64,000 nt of DNA, taken from Candidatus Omnitrophota bacterium. GTDB lineage: Bacteria; Omnitrophota; Omnitrophia; Omnitrophales; Aquincolibacteriaceae. The DNA lies in contig JAYTHE010000011.1 in the NCBI GenBank assembly GCA_043732705.1, forward strand, positions 7,605 to 71,604, written 5' to 3'. Made by a program: the position numbers and the translations under genes. Of the stretch, positions 37,549 to 46,916 are shown piece by piece. Numbering within the stretch: position 1 is the first letter of the stretch; every line of letters starts with the position of its first letter. Below the pieces are notes generated by a model, which was not told where the DNA came from, ran no database searches, and was given only the letters and a program-made list of their open reading frames with translations.

Positions 37549-38295
37549 ATGCAAAACGACTCCCCTTTTATAAGCTTTATCATTCCGGTTTACAACGAAG
37601 AGCTCAACATCGACCGCATGCTGAGCAATCTTTATCACGTCCTCCATTCCCATCCGGAGTGGAACTGGGAAGTCGTGATTGTCGAAGACGGAAGCCGCGA
37701 CCAAACCAAGCAGGTTTTAAAAGAGAATATTCACAAATACCCTCAATCGCAGCTATTGATCCATGAAACCAATCAAGGCTATACGCAGTCTTTAAAAGAC
37801 GGTCTCGCGGCCGCGCGCGGACGTTATTTAATGTATGTCGGCGCTGACGAAGAATTTGACTCCTCTGAACTGCCGAATTTTGTGAATCTTTTTTTAAAAG
37901 ATGAAGCTGATCTTGTGCTGGGTGTCCGTTGGCAGCGAAACGCTTACGGCCTTTTCCGTTTTTTTGTTTCCGTCATTTATATTTTCTTTTTAAATTGGCT
38001 TTTTAAAATCCGGATCAATGACTACAACTGGTCGCAGGGTTGGAGCAGAAAAACTCTTGAATCCATGGATTTAACGTCAAAGTCTCTTTTCATACTGCCG
38101 CAAATCATTGTTCAGGCGCATGATTTGGGTTTTCGAATTAAAGAAGTCCCCTCGAATCATCGCGGCCGGCAATGGGGCAAATCTTCGCTTAACTTTAAAA
38201 TTATGGGATTTGCTCTGAAGGAAGCGTTGCTTTTTTATTTATTCCGCCGCAGCAGTAAGTATCCATACCGCACTCAAGCGTCCGCGTCTAACTGA
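37549..38295 (+). CDS. GT2 glycosyltransferase, polyprenol-phosphate sugar synthase-like (DPM1-like)
   Basis: ISFIIPVYNEELNI followed by VVIVEDGSRDQT and an acidic GADEEFD motif, in 248 aa. Confidence 0.7.
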   Translation: MQNDSPFISFIIPVYNEELNIDRMLSNLYHVLHSHPEWNWEVVIVEDGSRDQTKQVLKENIHKYPQSQLLIHETNQGYTQSLKDGLAAARGRYLMYVGADEEFDSSELPNFVNLFLKDEADLVLGVRWQRNAYGLFRFFVSVIYIFFLNWLFKIRINDYNWSQGWSRKTLESMDLTSKSLFILPQIIVQAHDLGFRIKEVPSNHRGRQWGKSSLNFKIMGFALKEALLFYLFRRSSKYPYRTQASASN

Positions 38296-39971
38296 TACAG
38301 TTCGATCCGGTATCCGTTAAATCTGCGGAAAAACAAATCTTTGCCGGTAAACGGTCCTCCGGTAATAATTTGCTCATCGAATCGCAGCGAGCCTTCATTT
38401 TTGCCGCCATAGGGATCCCAAACGCGAACTAATTTCCCCGCTTGCTTGATGGGATCAAGACCGTGAGAATCCGCGTGGTTGTGAGAAACGATAACAACAT
38501 AATTAATTCCGGCTTGCTTCAAACCGGCAAGGCTTGAAGAGATTTCAGGCTCCGCAAACAGAAAAGTGTCTTTACCCCGCGTTTCAGTCATAAAATAGAG
38601 ATTGTACGCGGGCTTATCCTTGCAGGCGTGTAAGTAAAATTGAATTCGCTGTCGATTAGCGGCGTCATCCGCTTTTTTATGACTTAGCTTATCTTTGAGC
38701 TGCTCGCATGAAAAAGAGAGGCGCGGCGTAAAAAAAGTCCCATCCATTGCGATCCGGCTCCCGGAAGAGATATTCGCTTCGATCCATTGCGCAGCCTGGG
38801 TGCGAGTGTCCGGTCGCCGCATAATCAAGTCAAAGCGGATATCTTTAGCCGTATTGATCAATCCGGCCCCTATCACAAGCCCCAGAACTATGATTTTTAA
38901 TTCCCTGTTTTGTCTTGCGAGAAACTGCGCGGCGTCAGCAGCTAAAAATATAAGAAAAGGCACTAACGGCAAAATATAACGTCCGTACGGCTGACCCTTT
39001 TGCCAAAGCACAAAATAATAAACCAAACAAAACAGGCTGATACTTTGCGCGCGCACGTCTTTTGAAAAAAAAGCCCGCAAGCAGCCGGCCAAACCCAAAA
39101 CAACAAGCGGCCAGCTTATTCCCTGTGCTAATGAATAAGTTAAATGATGCCAAAAGGAAACTCCTTGATTCGCGGCGCTTTGTTCTTTTAATTCGTTAAT
39201 AAAAAAATGCAAATCAATCAAGGCATAAGGATTTAAAATAAAAAAAGCCGCCGCAGCGGCAAAAGCGGCGCACAGGCTATGAACACATGTTTGAAACTGA
39301 TTCTCCGCGGCACGGAAACTCATCCAAAGATAAGGAACGAAAAGAAATATACCGTTGTATTTAAATGCCGCGGCAAGCCCGATTAAAAGCCCCAACTTAA
39401 CATGATTATTTGCCCGCGAAAGATCAAGACTGTGTAAGGCTTTGAAAAAAATCAAACAGACGAGAATCAGCGGCATATCCGCGTAAATGTAGTGGGCATC
39501 GGAAACGTGTACAAAACAAACCGCAAATAAGGCGCCTGCGGCCAAAACCCATACTTGAGGCACAAGGCGTTTGCGCATCCAAGCCATCAATAAATAAACG
39601 GATAAGACAGCCGGAATAACGCCGAGAGCAACGCGGCCTAAAAGATAAAAAATCGCCGGGTTTTGAAAAAAGTATCCGGCAAAATGGGCCGCGTCGGGCC
39701 AATACCCTAAAATTTTTCCGATAATAAACAATGCGCCGTAAATTCCGAACAAAAGATAGCTGGTGAGGGGCGGAATATTAAAAAAGTGCGGGTTAAAATC
39801 GCCTGTTCCAAAACGCAGCGCGTGATTCACGATGATCGGTTCATCCGCGTGGAAAAGGCCGGGCAAACCAAATCCCACGGCCCAAAGCCGCAACAATAAA
39901 GCCAGAAGCAGAATCAGGATTTCAGGAAGAAACCTAAACTGAGGTTTTAAATTCAACGGCGATGCAGCCAT
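38274..39971 (-). CDS. GT-C glycosyltransferase (ArnT/PMT-like, GT39/GT83)
   Basis: The first periplasmic loop carries FHADEP...FGTGDFNPHFF (DE motif). There are more than 10 TM helices plus a C-terminal soluble domain. The 3' end overlaps the convergent 37549..38295 gene by 22 nt. Confidence 0.65.
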   Translation of the reverse strand: MAASPLNLKPQFRFLPEILILLLALLLRLWAVGFGLPGLFHADEPIIVNHALRFGTGDFNPHFFNIPPLTSYLLFGIYGALFIIGKILGYWPDAAHFAGYFFQNPAIFYLLGRVALGVIPAVLSVYLLMAWMRKRLVPQVWVLAAGALFAVCFVHVSDAHYIYADMPLILVCLIFFKALHSLDLSRANNHVKLGLLIGLAAAFKYNGIFLFVPYLWMSFRAAENQFQTCVHSLCAAFAAAAAFFILNPYALIDLHFFINELKEQSAANQGVSFWHHLTYSLAQGISWPLVVLGLAGCLRAFFSKDVRAQSISLFCLVYYFVLWQKGQPYGRYILPLVPFLIFLAADAAQFLARQNRELKIIVLGLVIGAGLINTAKDIRFDLIMRRPDTRTQAAQWIEANISSGSRIAMDGTFFTPRLSFSCEQLKDKLSHKKADDAANRQRIQFYLHACKDKPAYNLYFMTETRGKDTFLFAEPEISSSLAGLKQAGINYVVIVSHNHADSHGLDPIKQAGKLVRVWDPYGGKNEGSLRFDEQIITGGPFTGKDLFFRRFNGYRIELYQLDADA

Positions 39972-40672
39972 CGTATACGCAGGACATCCCAAAACATAAT
40001 AATGGGGTCACGCAAAACATGCACCTTGGAAGCGGCCGAGTTGAGCCATGTCACCGGAAGCTCGACAATCTTGAGTTTCAATTTTTGAGCTAAAAATAGA
40101 AGTTCAACATCAAAGCTAAAACCATCCAGCTTTTGAATGGAAAATAATTTTTCCGCGGACTCGCGCGTAAAACATTTAAACCCGCATTGAGAATCGCGAA
40201 TGCCGCGAAACGCGAAAATCACGGCAACACTATTGAATATCCGCCCCATCCATTCGCGAAAGACGGGCTGCCGTTCAACAATGTTAGCGCCTTGAACGGC
40301 CCGCGAACCGATAACAATATCCGCCTTCTTATCAATCAACAGGGGTAGGAACTTGTCCAGCTCTTCAATAGGTGTGGAAAGATCCGCGTCGCTAAAAAGC
40401 CGGTATTCGCCCTGCGCTTTGAGCATCCCACGGCGTACTGCGGCGCCTTTGCCTTGGTTTTCGGGAGCCTGCAAGACTTGAAATAAAAACCCAGAATCTT
40501 GCAAAGTTTCCCGCGCGACTGTAATGGTTTGATCCAAGCTTCCGTCATCAGAAACAATAATTTCAACGGTATAAACTTTTGAGCGGAAAAATTCGAGGAC
40601 TTTCTTTAAAGTACTGACGATGCGCTTTTCTTCGTTATATGCCGGGATAATAACCGAGACGAACGGATTCAT
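39953..40672 (-). CDS. GT2 polyprenol-phosphate glycosyltransferase (DPM1/GtrB/ArnC-like)
   Basis: [35 protein letters not shown] and QCGFK motifs. The start was trimmed to MNPFVSV (the ORF-track N-terminal extension would overlap the upstream gene). Confidence 0.8.
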   Translation of the reverse strand: MNPFVSVIIPAYNEEKRIVSTLKKVLEFFRSKVYTVEIIVSDDGSLDQTITVARETLQDSGFLFQVLQAPENQGKGAAVRRGMLKAQGEYRLFSDADLSTPIEELDKFLPLLIDKKADIVIGSRAVQGANIVERQPVFREWMGRIFNSVAVIFAFRGIRDSQCGFKCFTRESAEKLFSIQKLDGFSFDVELLFLAQKLKLKIVELPVTWLNSAASKVHVLRDPIIMFWDVLRIRWLHRR

Positions 40673-41625
40673 GCCAATGTGGGCTCGGCCAAACGCGTAC
40701 GAAAATAATCGAGTGTTTTCTTCAGCCCGTCCTCCAGCATGACCTTGGGCTCCCAACCTAACTTTGCGCGCGCGATACTGATATCCGGCTGTCTGATTCG
40801 CGGGTCGTCGACAGGCAACGGTTCAAGCACAATTTTGCTTTTTGAACCGGCCAAAGCAACAATTTTTTTAGCCAAATCCATCATGGTAAGTTCATTCGGA
40901 TTGCCGATATTCACCGGCTCATTTAAATTGGAAAGCATCAGTTTTTCAATTCCTGCGATTAAATCCAAAACATAGCAAAGGCTGCGGGTTTGGCTGCCGT
41001 CGCCAAAAACCGTCACAGGCTCGCCTTTCAGCGACTGCGTAAAAAAAGCTGGAATCGCCCGCCCGTCTTGAAGGCGCATGCGTGGCCCATAGGTATTAAA
41101 AATGCGTACAATCTTGGTATTCATACGATGGGCACGGTGATAGGCCATGGTTAAAGCCTCTCCAAAGCGCTTAGCTTCGTCGTAAACGCCACGAGGGCCA
41201 ATCGGGTTCACATTTCCCCAATAGGTCTCTTTTTGAGGATGCTCAAGCGGGTCGCCGTAAACTTCTGAGGTTGAGGCAATGAGAAAGACAGCCTTCTTAT
41301 CTTTCGCTAGTCCAAGCGCGTTATGCGTGCCATAGGAGCCGATTTTCAAAGTTTGAATCGGTAATTTCAAATAATCCAAAGGACTGGCCGGTGACGCAAA
41401 ATGTAAAATAAAATCAACCGGGTCCGGATAGCTGATCGGCTTCACAATATCATGTTCAATCAAACGGAATTTAGGATTTGTTTTTAAATGCGCGGTATTT
41501 TTGCGGTCCCCGGTTAAAAAATTATCAAGAGCGGTCACCTCATAGTCTTTTGACAAAAACAAATCACAAAGATGTGACCCGATAAAACCGCTTCCACCCG
41601 TAATTAAAATGCGCTTCGAAGTCAT
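40669..41625 (-). CDS. UDP-glucuronate decarboxylase (UDP-xylose synthase, UXS/ArnA-C-domain-like)
   Basis: [19 protein letters not shown], followed by [15 protein letters not shown]...QKE, and the YDEAKRFGE YxxxK motif. The 318-aa length matches UXS. Confidence 0.75.
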   Translation of the reverse strand: MTSKRILITGGSGFIGSHLCDLFLSKDYEVTALDNFLTGDRKNTAHLKTNPKFRLIEHDIVKPISYPDPVDFILHFASPASPLDYLKLPIQTLKIGSYGTHNALGLAKDKKAVFLIASTSEVYGDPLEHPQKETYWGNVNPIGPRGVYDEAKRFGEALTMAYHRAHRMNTKIVRIFNTYGPRMRLQDGRAIPAFFTQSLKGEPVTVFGDGSQTRSLCYVLDLIAGIEKLMLSNLNEPVNIGNPNELTMMDLAKKIVALAGSKSKIVLEPLPVDDPRIRQPDISIARAKLGWEPKVMLEDGLKKTLDYFRTRLAEPTLA

Positions 41626-41627
41626 TG

Positions 41628-42953
41628 CTACAGTCTCACTATTTTTTTGGAATGATAATTTTTCAACACGTTTCGCGAATCAAAAATAAGCCGGCTTTGC
41701 TTAACCACTAAATCGTAATCAAAGGCCTCGTGATCAGTCGTAATTAAAACAAGGTCAGCGGCTTTCAAATTCGCCGCTTGAAAGGTAACAGAACGAAATA
41801 CTTTTTTCTCGATTTCAACCATCGGAACATGCGGGTCGCAATAAGAAACCTGAGCTCCCAACTCATCAAGCTTATTCATAATTTCAAGCGCCGGCGACTC
41901 TCTCACATCCTCGATGTTTTTCTTGTAAGCCGCGCCGAGCAAAAGAATTTTTGCGCCATGCAAAGCTTTCTTTTGAAATTGACTGAGCGCGTGTGAACAC
42001 TGATCAACAACGAATTCGGGCATGGCTTTGTTCATCGCACCGGCAAGCTCGATAAATTTGAGCTCTGTCCCGTGAAAACGCGCCTTCCAGGAAAGATAAA
42101 GTGGGTCTACACCGATACAGTGCCCGCCGATTCCGGGCCCCGGATAAAAAGGCATAAATCCAAATGGTTTCGTTTTTGCCGCATCAACCGCCTCCCAAAT
42201 ATCCACATTCAAGGATTTTGCGGCCATCGCAAGTTCATTAATCAAACCAATATTGACGATTCGGAAAGTATTCTCAAGTAATTTGGCCATTTCGGCGGTA
42301 CGCGAACTTGAAACAGGAATAATGGTTTGAATGATCTGCGAATATAAAAGCCCCGCGATTTTTGTGCATTTCGCCGTAATTCCACCCACCACCTTAGGAA
42401 TATTTTGCGGGCGGTATTTTTGATTACCCGGATCAATGCGCTCCGGCGAAAAACAAAGAAAAAAGTCTTTTCCGGCTTTCCAACCGCCTTTTTCAAAAAT
42501 CGGCAGTAAAACTTCGTCCGTCGTTCCGGGGTAAGTGGTGCTTTCCAAAATGATCAACTGCCCTTTACGGCGATGTTTACGGATTGATTCAGCCGCATCC
42601 ACTACAAAAGAAAGGTCCGGGTTTTTAAGGCGGTTAAGCGGCGTTGGAACGCAGATCACCACGCAATCTGATTGTCCGATGACAGCAGAGTTTGTTGTCG
42701 GAGAGAAGTGTTTGGAAGCGACGGCAGCCCGAATGTCTTTTACGGGAATATCACTGATATACGATTTGCCGCTTGCGAGCGACTGAATTTTTTTCGCATC
42801 GACATCAAGACCAAAAACGCGAAAACCACGCTGGCTAAAAAGCAGCGCCAGCGGAAGGCCGACATATCCCATGCCAATAATGGTAATGGTGGCTTTCTGG
42901 TTATCAATCTTTTGAATGAGCTGTTCGCCCAAATTCAACTTAAGCTTCGACAT
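41628..42953 (-). CDS. Nucleotide-sugar dehydrogenase (UDP-glucose/UDP-N-acetyl-mannosamine dehydrogenase family)
   Basis: [15 protein letters not shown] Rossmann motif and the catalytic Cys region GGHCIGVDP, in 441 aa. Confidence 0.8.
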   Translation of the reverse strand: MSKLKLNLGEQLIQKIDNQKATITIIGMGYVGLPLALLFSQRGFRVFGLDVDAKKIQSLASGKSYISDIPVKDIRAAVASKHFSPTTNSAVIGQSDCVVICVPTPLNRLKNPDLSFVVDAAESIRKHRRKGQLIILESTTYPGTTDEVLLPIFEKGGWKAGKDFFLCFSPERIDPGNQKYRPQNIPKVVGGITAKCTKIAGLLYSQIIQTIIPVSSSRTAEMAKLLENTFRIVNIGLINELAMAAKSLNVDIWEAVDAAKTKPFGFMPFYPGPGIGGHCIGVDPLYLSWKARFHGTELKFIELAGAMNKAMPEFVVDQCSHALSQFQKKALHGAKILLLGAAYKKNIEDVRESPALEIMNKLDELGAQVSYCDPHVPMVEIEKKVFRSVTFQAANLKAADLVLITTDHEAFDYDLVVKQSRLIFDSRNVLKNYHSKKIVRL

Positions 42954-43863
42954 TTTTTAAACTTAATCCTTTTAAAAATTCCTGCAGGGCTTCCTGCCAA
43001 GGACGCATTTCAATTCCCAGATTTTTTTTTGCTTTATCTAAACTCAACACTGAATTTAACGGACGCTTCGCGGCACGCTTTAAATCCCCGCTTGAGATTT
43101 CTTTGACTTTTACGGAAGGAAAACGCGCGTAATCCAAAGTTTGCCTTGCATATCCCGACCAGTTAATTTGGCCCGCATTACCGATATGAAATATCTCCTT
43201 ATTATACTGATCGAGGAGATTTTTGCGAGAAGTCAGTAAATCACGCAAAGTTTCCGCGATGTCGCGAGTCCAGGTCGGCCTGCCCCATTGATCCGCGACA
43301 ACCGGGATTTCATTTTTCTCTTGCGCCTGTTTCAAAATAGCTTTAGGGAAATGCTGCCCGTTTTCGCCATAAAGCCATGTCACGCGGAAAATGATATAGC
43401 GGTTTGATTTTTGCCTCAATGCCTCTTCGGCCCATGCTTTGGTTTGACCGTAAAAATTAACCGGTTCAATGGGATCATTTTCAATATAAGGGCCGGCTTT
43501 GCGGCCGTTAAAGACATAATCCGTGCTAAAAAATATCAGGCAGGAATTTATTTCATTACAAATTTCGATCAGATTTTTGACAACGTCAACATTCTGTTTA
43601 ACCGCGGCATCCTTCCACTCGGGATCTTCGCAGAGATCTACTTTAGTGAACGCGGCCGCATGAATCACCAGATCGGGACGGCTTTGTAACATTGCTTTGC
43701 GCAGAGCTTCTTTTTCGGCTAAATCGAGGTTGATGATATTCTTTTCACCGGAAGCGGCAAGATGGCGGCTAATCCCCTGAACTTGAAAATCAGGGTTTAG
43801 AACCAGCATCAAATCGGTTCCCAGCATTCCGGAAGAACCCGTAATCAGAATTTTCATGGACAA
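42940..43863 (-). CDS. rmlD: dTDP-4-dehydrorhamnose reductase
   Basis: MKILITGSSGMLGTDL N-terminus, a YGQTKAWAE YxxxK motif, and about 300 aa. It lies in a gene cluster with an RmlB-like dehydratase. Confidence 0.7.
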   Translation of the reverse strand: MSMKILITGSSGMLGTDLMLVLNPDFQVQGISRHLAASGEKNIINLDLAEKEALRKAMLQSRPDLVIHAAAFTKVDLCEDPEWKDAAVKQNVDVVKNLIEICNEINSCLIFFSTDYVFNGRKAGPYIENDPIEPVNFYGQTKAWAEEALRQKSNRYIIFRVTWLYGENGQHFPKAILKQAQEKNEIPVVADQWGRPTWTRDIAETLRDLLTSRKNLLDQYNKEIFHIGNAGQINWSGYARQTLDYARFPSVKVKEISSGDLKRAAKRPLNSVLSLDKAKKNLGIEMRPWQEALQEFLKGLSLKNVEA

Positions 43864-43876
43864 TGCGCGGACGGTA

Positions 43877-44851
43877 TTACTTGTTAGTGTATTTATTCTG
43901 TTTCAACGGCTTCCACCAATCTTCGCGGGATTGATACCATTCAATAGTTTGTTTTAAACCTTCATGAACACCGTACTCCGGAGAAAAACCCAACGCTTTT
44001 AACTTTGAAAAATCAAGCGCGTAACGGAAGTCATGGCCGGGGCGATCCGCCACAAACTCGATCCGGTCTTCACCTAATCCCATATTTTTAAGAATAGCCC
44101 GCGTAAGCTCAAGATTGCTTAACTCATTATCTGAACCAATATTATAAATTTCCCCCGGAGTTCCTTTTTCAAACACAAGCTTGAGCGCGCGCGCAGCATC
44201 TTCAACATGAATCCAATCGCGGCGATTCTGGCCATCGCCATACACAGGCACTTTTTTCCCTGCAACCAAATTAGTCACGAAAAGTGGGATCACTTTTTCC
44301 GGATATTGATAAGGACCGTAATTGTTTGTGCAACGCGTAATCATCACCGGATAGTGATAGGTCTCACGATAAGCTCGGAGCAATAGATCCGCAGCTGCTT
44401 TTGAAGCTGAATAAGGACTATTGGGTTCCAATGGCGAGTCTTCACGGAACTTGCCTGTACGAATCGAACCATAAACTTCATCGGTCGACATATGCAAATA
44501 GCGTTTAATATTATATTTTTTAGCAAGACGCACCAGATTTTCAGCTCCCAAAATATTGGTGCTCAAAAAATCGTCCGCGTCATCAATCGAACGGTCAACA
44601 TGCGTTTCTGCCGCCAGATTAATCACTCCATCCGCACGGCTTATCACCGCCTCCATCGCCTTGATATCTCGAATATCAGCTTGAACAAATTCAAACCGAG
44701 AATTTCCGCGAAACTCTTCAATATTCGCTAAATTGCCGGAGTAACTCAGACGATCCACACAAATAATCGAATATTGGGCATCCTTAATAAAGAGCCTAAT
44801 TAAATTGGACCCGATAAAACCGCAGCCCCCTGTGATAACAACTTTCTTCAT
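43877..44851 (-). CDS. rmlB: dTDP-glucose 4,6-dehydratase
   Basis: VVITGGCGFIGSNLIR, followed by ETHVDRSI, YSASKAA and a HVEDAARAL-like region. The protein is 324 aa. Confidence 0.8.
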   Translation of the reverse strand: MKKVVITGGCGFIGSNLIRLFIKDAQYSIICVDRLSYSGNLANIEEFRGNSRFEFVQADIRDIKAMEAVISRADGVINLAAETHVDRSIDDADDFLSTNILGAENLVRLAKKYNIKRYLHMSTDEVYGSIRTGKFREDSPLEPNSPYSASKAAADLLLRAYRETYHYPVMITRCTNNYGPYQYPEKVIPLFVTNLVAGKKVPVYGDGQNRRDWIHVEDAARALKLVFEKGTPGEIYNIGSDNELSNLELTRAILKNMGLGEDRIEFVADRPGHDFRYALDFSKLKALGFSPEYGVHEGLKQTIEWYQSREDWWKPLKQNKYTNK

Positions 44852-45579
44852 TTTTTTCTCCGATTTTCCTGACGTCTGACTAATTCAGAAGAATACTGCA
44901 AAGATTCGAAAGTTCCTGCGTCACTCCAAAATCCGGAAAGCATATCAAATTCGAGATTCCCGTTATTTAAATACCAGTTATTAACATCCGTAATTTCCAA
45001 TTCACCGCGCCTGGACGGCTTAAGCGTGGAAATAACTTTAAAAACCTGCGCATCGTACATGTAAATCCCAGTTACAGCGTAAGAACTTTTTGGTTTCTTA
45101 GGCTTTTCTTCGATTGAAACAACTTTGTTGCCTTTCAATTCTGCAACCCCAAAACGCTCCGGATCATTCACTTTTTTAAGAATGACACGCGCCCCTGATT
45201 TTTGTTTTAAAAACTTTTGAACCGATGTCCGAATACTGGATCCGATAATATTATCGCCCAGCATGACAATAATTTTTTCACCCGCGGCAAAACGGCCTGC
45301 CAAACGCAGCGCGTCCGCGATTCCACCCTCCCCGTCTTGATACGCAAAGGAAACGTGATCCAGCCCGAATTGACGCCCATTGCCGATTAAACGCAAAAAA
45401 TCTCCGGATGAGTTTCCGCCGGTCACGACCATCAAATCCTTCACTCCGGCATCAACCAGAGCTTCGATCGGATAATAAATCATCGGCTTATGATACACAG
45501 GTAGTAAATGTTTGTTCGTTACTTTTGTTAACGGAAGAAGCCTGCTTCCTAACCCACCCGCTAAAATAACACCCTTCAT
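44848..45579 (-). CDS. Sugar-1-phosphate nucleotidyltransferase (RmlA-like, short form)
   Basis: MKGVILAGGLGSRLLPLTKVTNKHLLPV. At 243 aa it is shorter than canonical RmlA, so the substrate is uncertain. Confidence 0.65.
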   Translation of the reverse strand: MKGVILAGGLGSRLLPLTKVTNKHLLPVYHKPMIYYPIEALVDAGVKDLMVVTGGNSSGDFLRLIGNGRQFGLDHVSFAYQDGEGGIADALRLAGRFAAGEKIIVMLGDNIIGSSIRTSVQKFLKQKSGARVILKKVNDPERFGVAELKGNKVVSIEEKPKKPKSSYAVTGIYMYDAQVFKVISTLKPSRRGELEITDVNNWYLNNGNLEFDMLSGFWSDAGTFESLQYSSELVRRQENRRKK

Positions 45580-46895
45580 CTTTTTTTCTCCTCATAATTA
45601 ACCGAGGGACGCCCCATACTTAGATAGGTCCAACCACGCTGTTTCATTTCTTCATACGAATACATATTTCGCCCATCAATCAAAAGCGGCTGTTTCATCG
45701 AATTTTTGAGGCGGTCAAAATCAAGATTAAGAAACTCACTCCATTCCGTCAAAATCAAAATTGCGTCAGCGCCCTTTGCGGCTTGATAAGGATTGGTGCA
45801 GTAGCTTACTCCTTTAAACGAAGGCTTGGCTTTTGAAACAGCTACGGGATCATAAGCATAAATTTTAGCGCCATCTTCCTGCAAAGCGTGAATAACAGGG
45901 ATCGAGGGCGCCTCGCGCATATCGTCCGTGTCGGGCTTAAAGGCAAGGCCCAAGACCGCAAGTTTCCGTTTCTTCAAAGTTCCCAAAGCACGACGAACTT
46001 TTTCGACAAAGTACGCGGGCAAAGATTCGTTGACGACCAACGCCTGATTGAGCATTTCAAAACGAACACCTTTTTTCTGTGAAATTTTATAGAAAGCGCT
46101 TAAATCTTTCGGAAAACAAGAACCGCCAAAGCCGATTCCTGCGCGCAAAAAATGCGGACTGATGCGTGAATCCATGCCCATACCTTTAGCTACCTGTTCG
46201 ACATCGGCTCCGACCGAGTCACAAACCTGAGATAGTTGATTCGCAAAAGTAATTTTTAATGCCAAAAAGGAATTGGAGGCGTGTTTAATCAGTTCCGCAC
46301 TTCGAATATCCGTCGCATAAATTTTTGATTTAAAGGGAGCGTAAATTTTTCGCAGCACCGCTTCAGCGCGCGCGGTTTCCACGCCAATCACAATGCGGTC
46401 GGGCTCCATCAAGTCTTGAATCGCTGAACCTTCTTTCAAAAATTCCGGGTTGGAAGCAACATCAAAAGGAACGCCCTTGTGGATGTATTTTCTGACAACG
46501 GTTTTAATCCATTCTCCGGTTTCCACCGGAACCGTGCTTTTTTCCACGATAATGCGGTAGCTTCGCATATGCGTGGCGATTTCTTTGGCCACATTGCCGA
46601 CATAAGTCAAATCGGCCTCACCATTCGGTTTGGGCGGAGTATGCACACAAATAAATAATACTTCGCACTTGGCCACAGCTTCTGAAGTGCTTGTGCTAAA
46701 CGATAAGCGTCCGCCGCGAACATTGCTTAAAATCATTTCGGAAAGGCCGGGCTCATAAATTGGAATTTTGCCTTTTTTTAAAGCAGCAATTTTTTCTTTG
46801 TCATGATCCACACACATGACCGTGTGCCCCATATGCGCAAAACACGCCCCCGTCACAAGTCCGACATAACCTGAACCGATCATTCCAATTTTCAT
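45576..46895 (-). CDS. ugd: UDP-glucose 6-dehydrogenase (UDP-glucose/GDP-mannose dehydrogenase family)
   Basis: MKIGMIGSGYVGLVTGACFA Rossmann motif, catalytic GFGGSCFPKD, and a 439-aa length. Confidence 0.85.
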   Translation of the reverse strand: MKIGMIGSGYVGLVTGACFAHMGHTVMCVDHDKEKIAALKKGKIPIYEPGLSEMILSNVRGGRLSFSTSTSEAVAKCEVLFICVHTPPKPNGEADLTYVGNVAKEIATHMRSYRIIVEKSTVPVETGEWIKTVVRKYIHKGVPFDVASNPEFLKEGSAIQDLMEPDRIVIGVETARAEAVLRKIYAPFKSKIYATDIRSAELIKHASNSFLALKITFANQLSQVCDSVGADVEQVAKGMGMDSRISPHFLRAGIGFGGSCFPKDLSAFYKISQKKGVRFEMLNQALVVNESLPAYFVEKVRRALGTLKKRKLAVLGLAFKPDTDDMREAPSIPVIHALQEDGAKIYAYDPVAVSKAKPSFKGVSYCTNPYQAAKGADAILILTEWSEFLNLDFDRLKNSMKQPLLIDGRNMYSYEEMKQRGWTYLSMGRPSVNYEEKKR

Positions 46896-46916
46896 AAACC
46901 CTTTTTACGATAAGTC

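Noticed and set aside
43021-43031. Homopolymeric tracts (T9 at 43022..43030; A9 near 19896; T8 at 29881..29888; T8 near 29021) as possible phase-variation switches
   Set aside because: All lie inside coding frames, where they simply encode Lys or Phe runs and preserve the frame. There is no evidence of contingency-locus behaviour. Only the position is noted.
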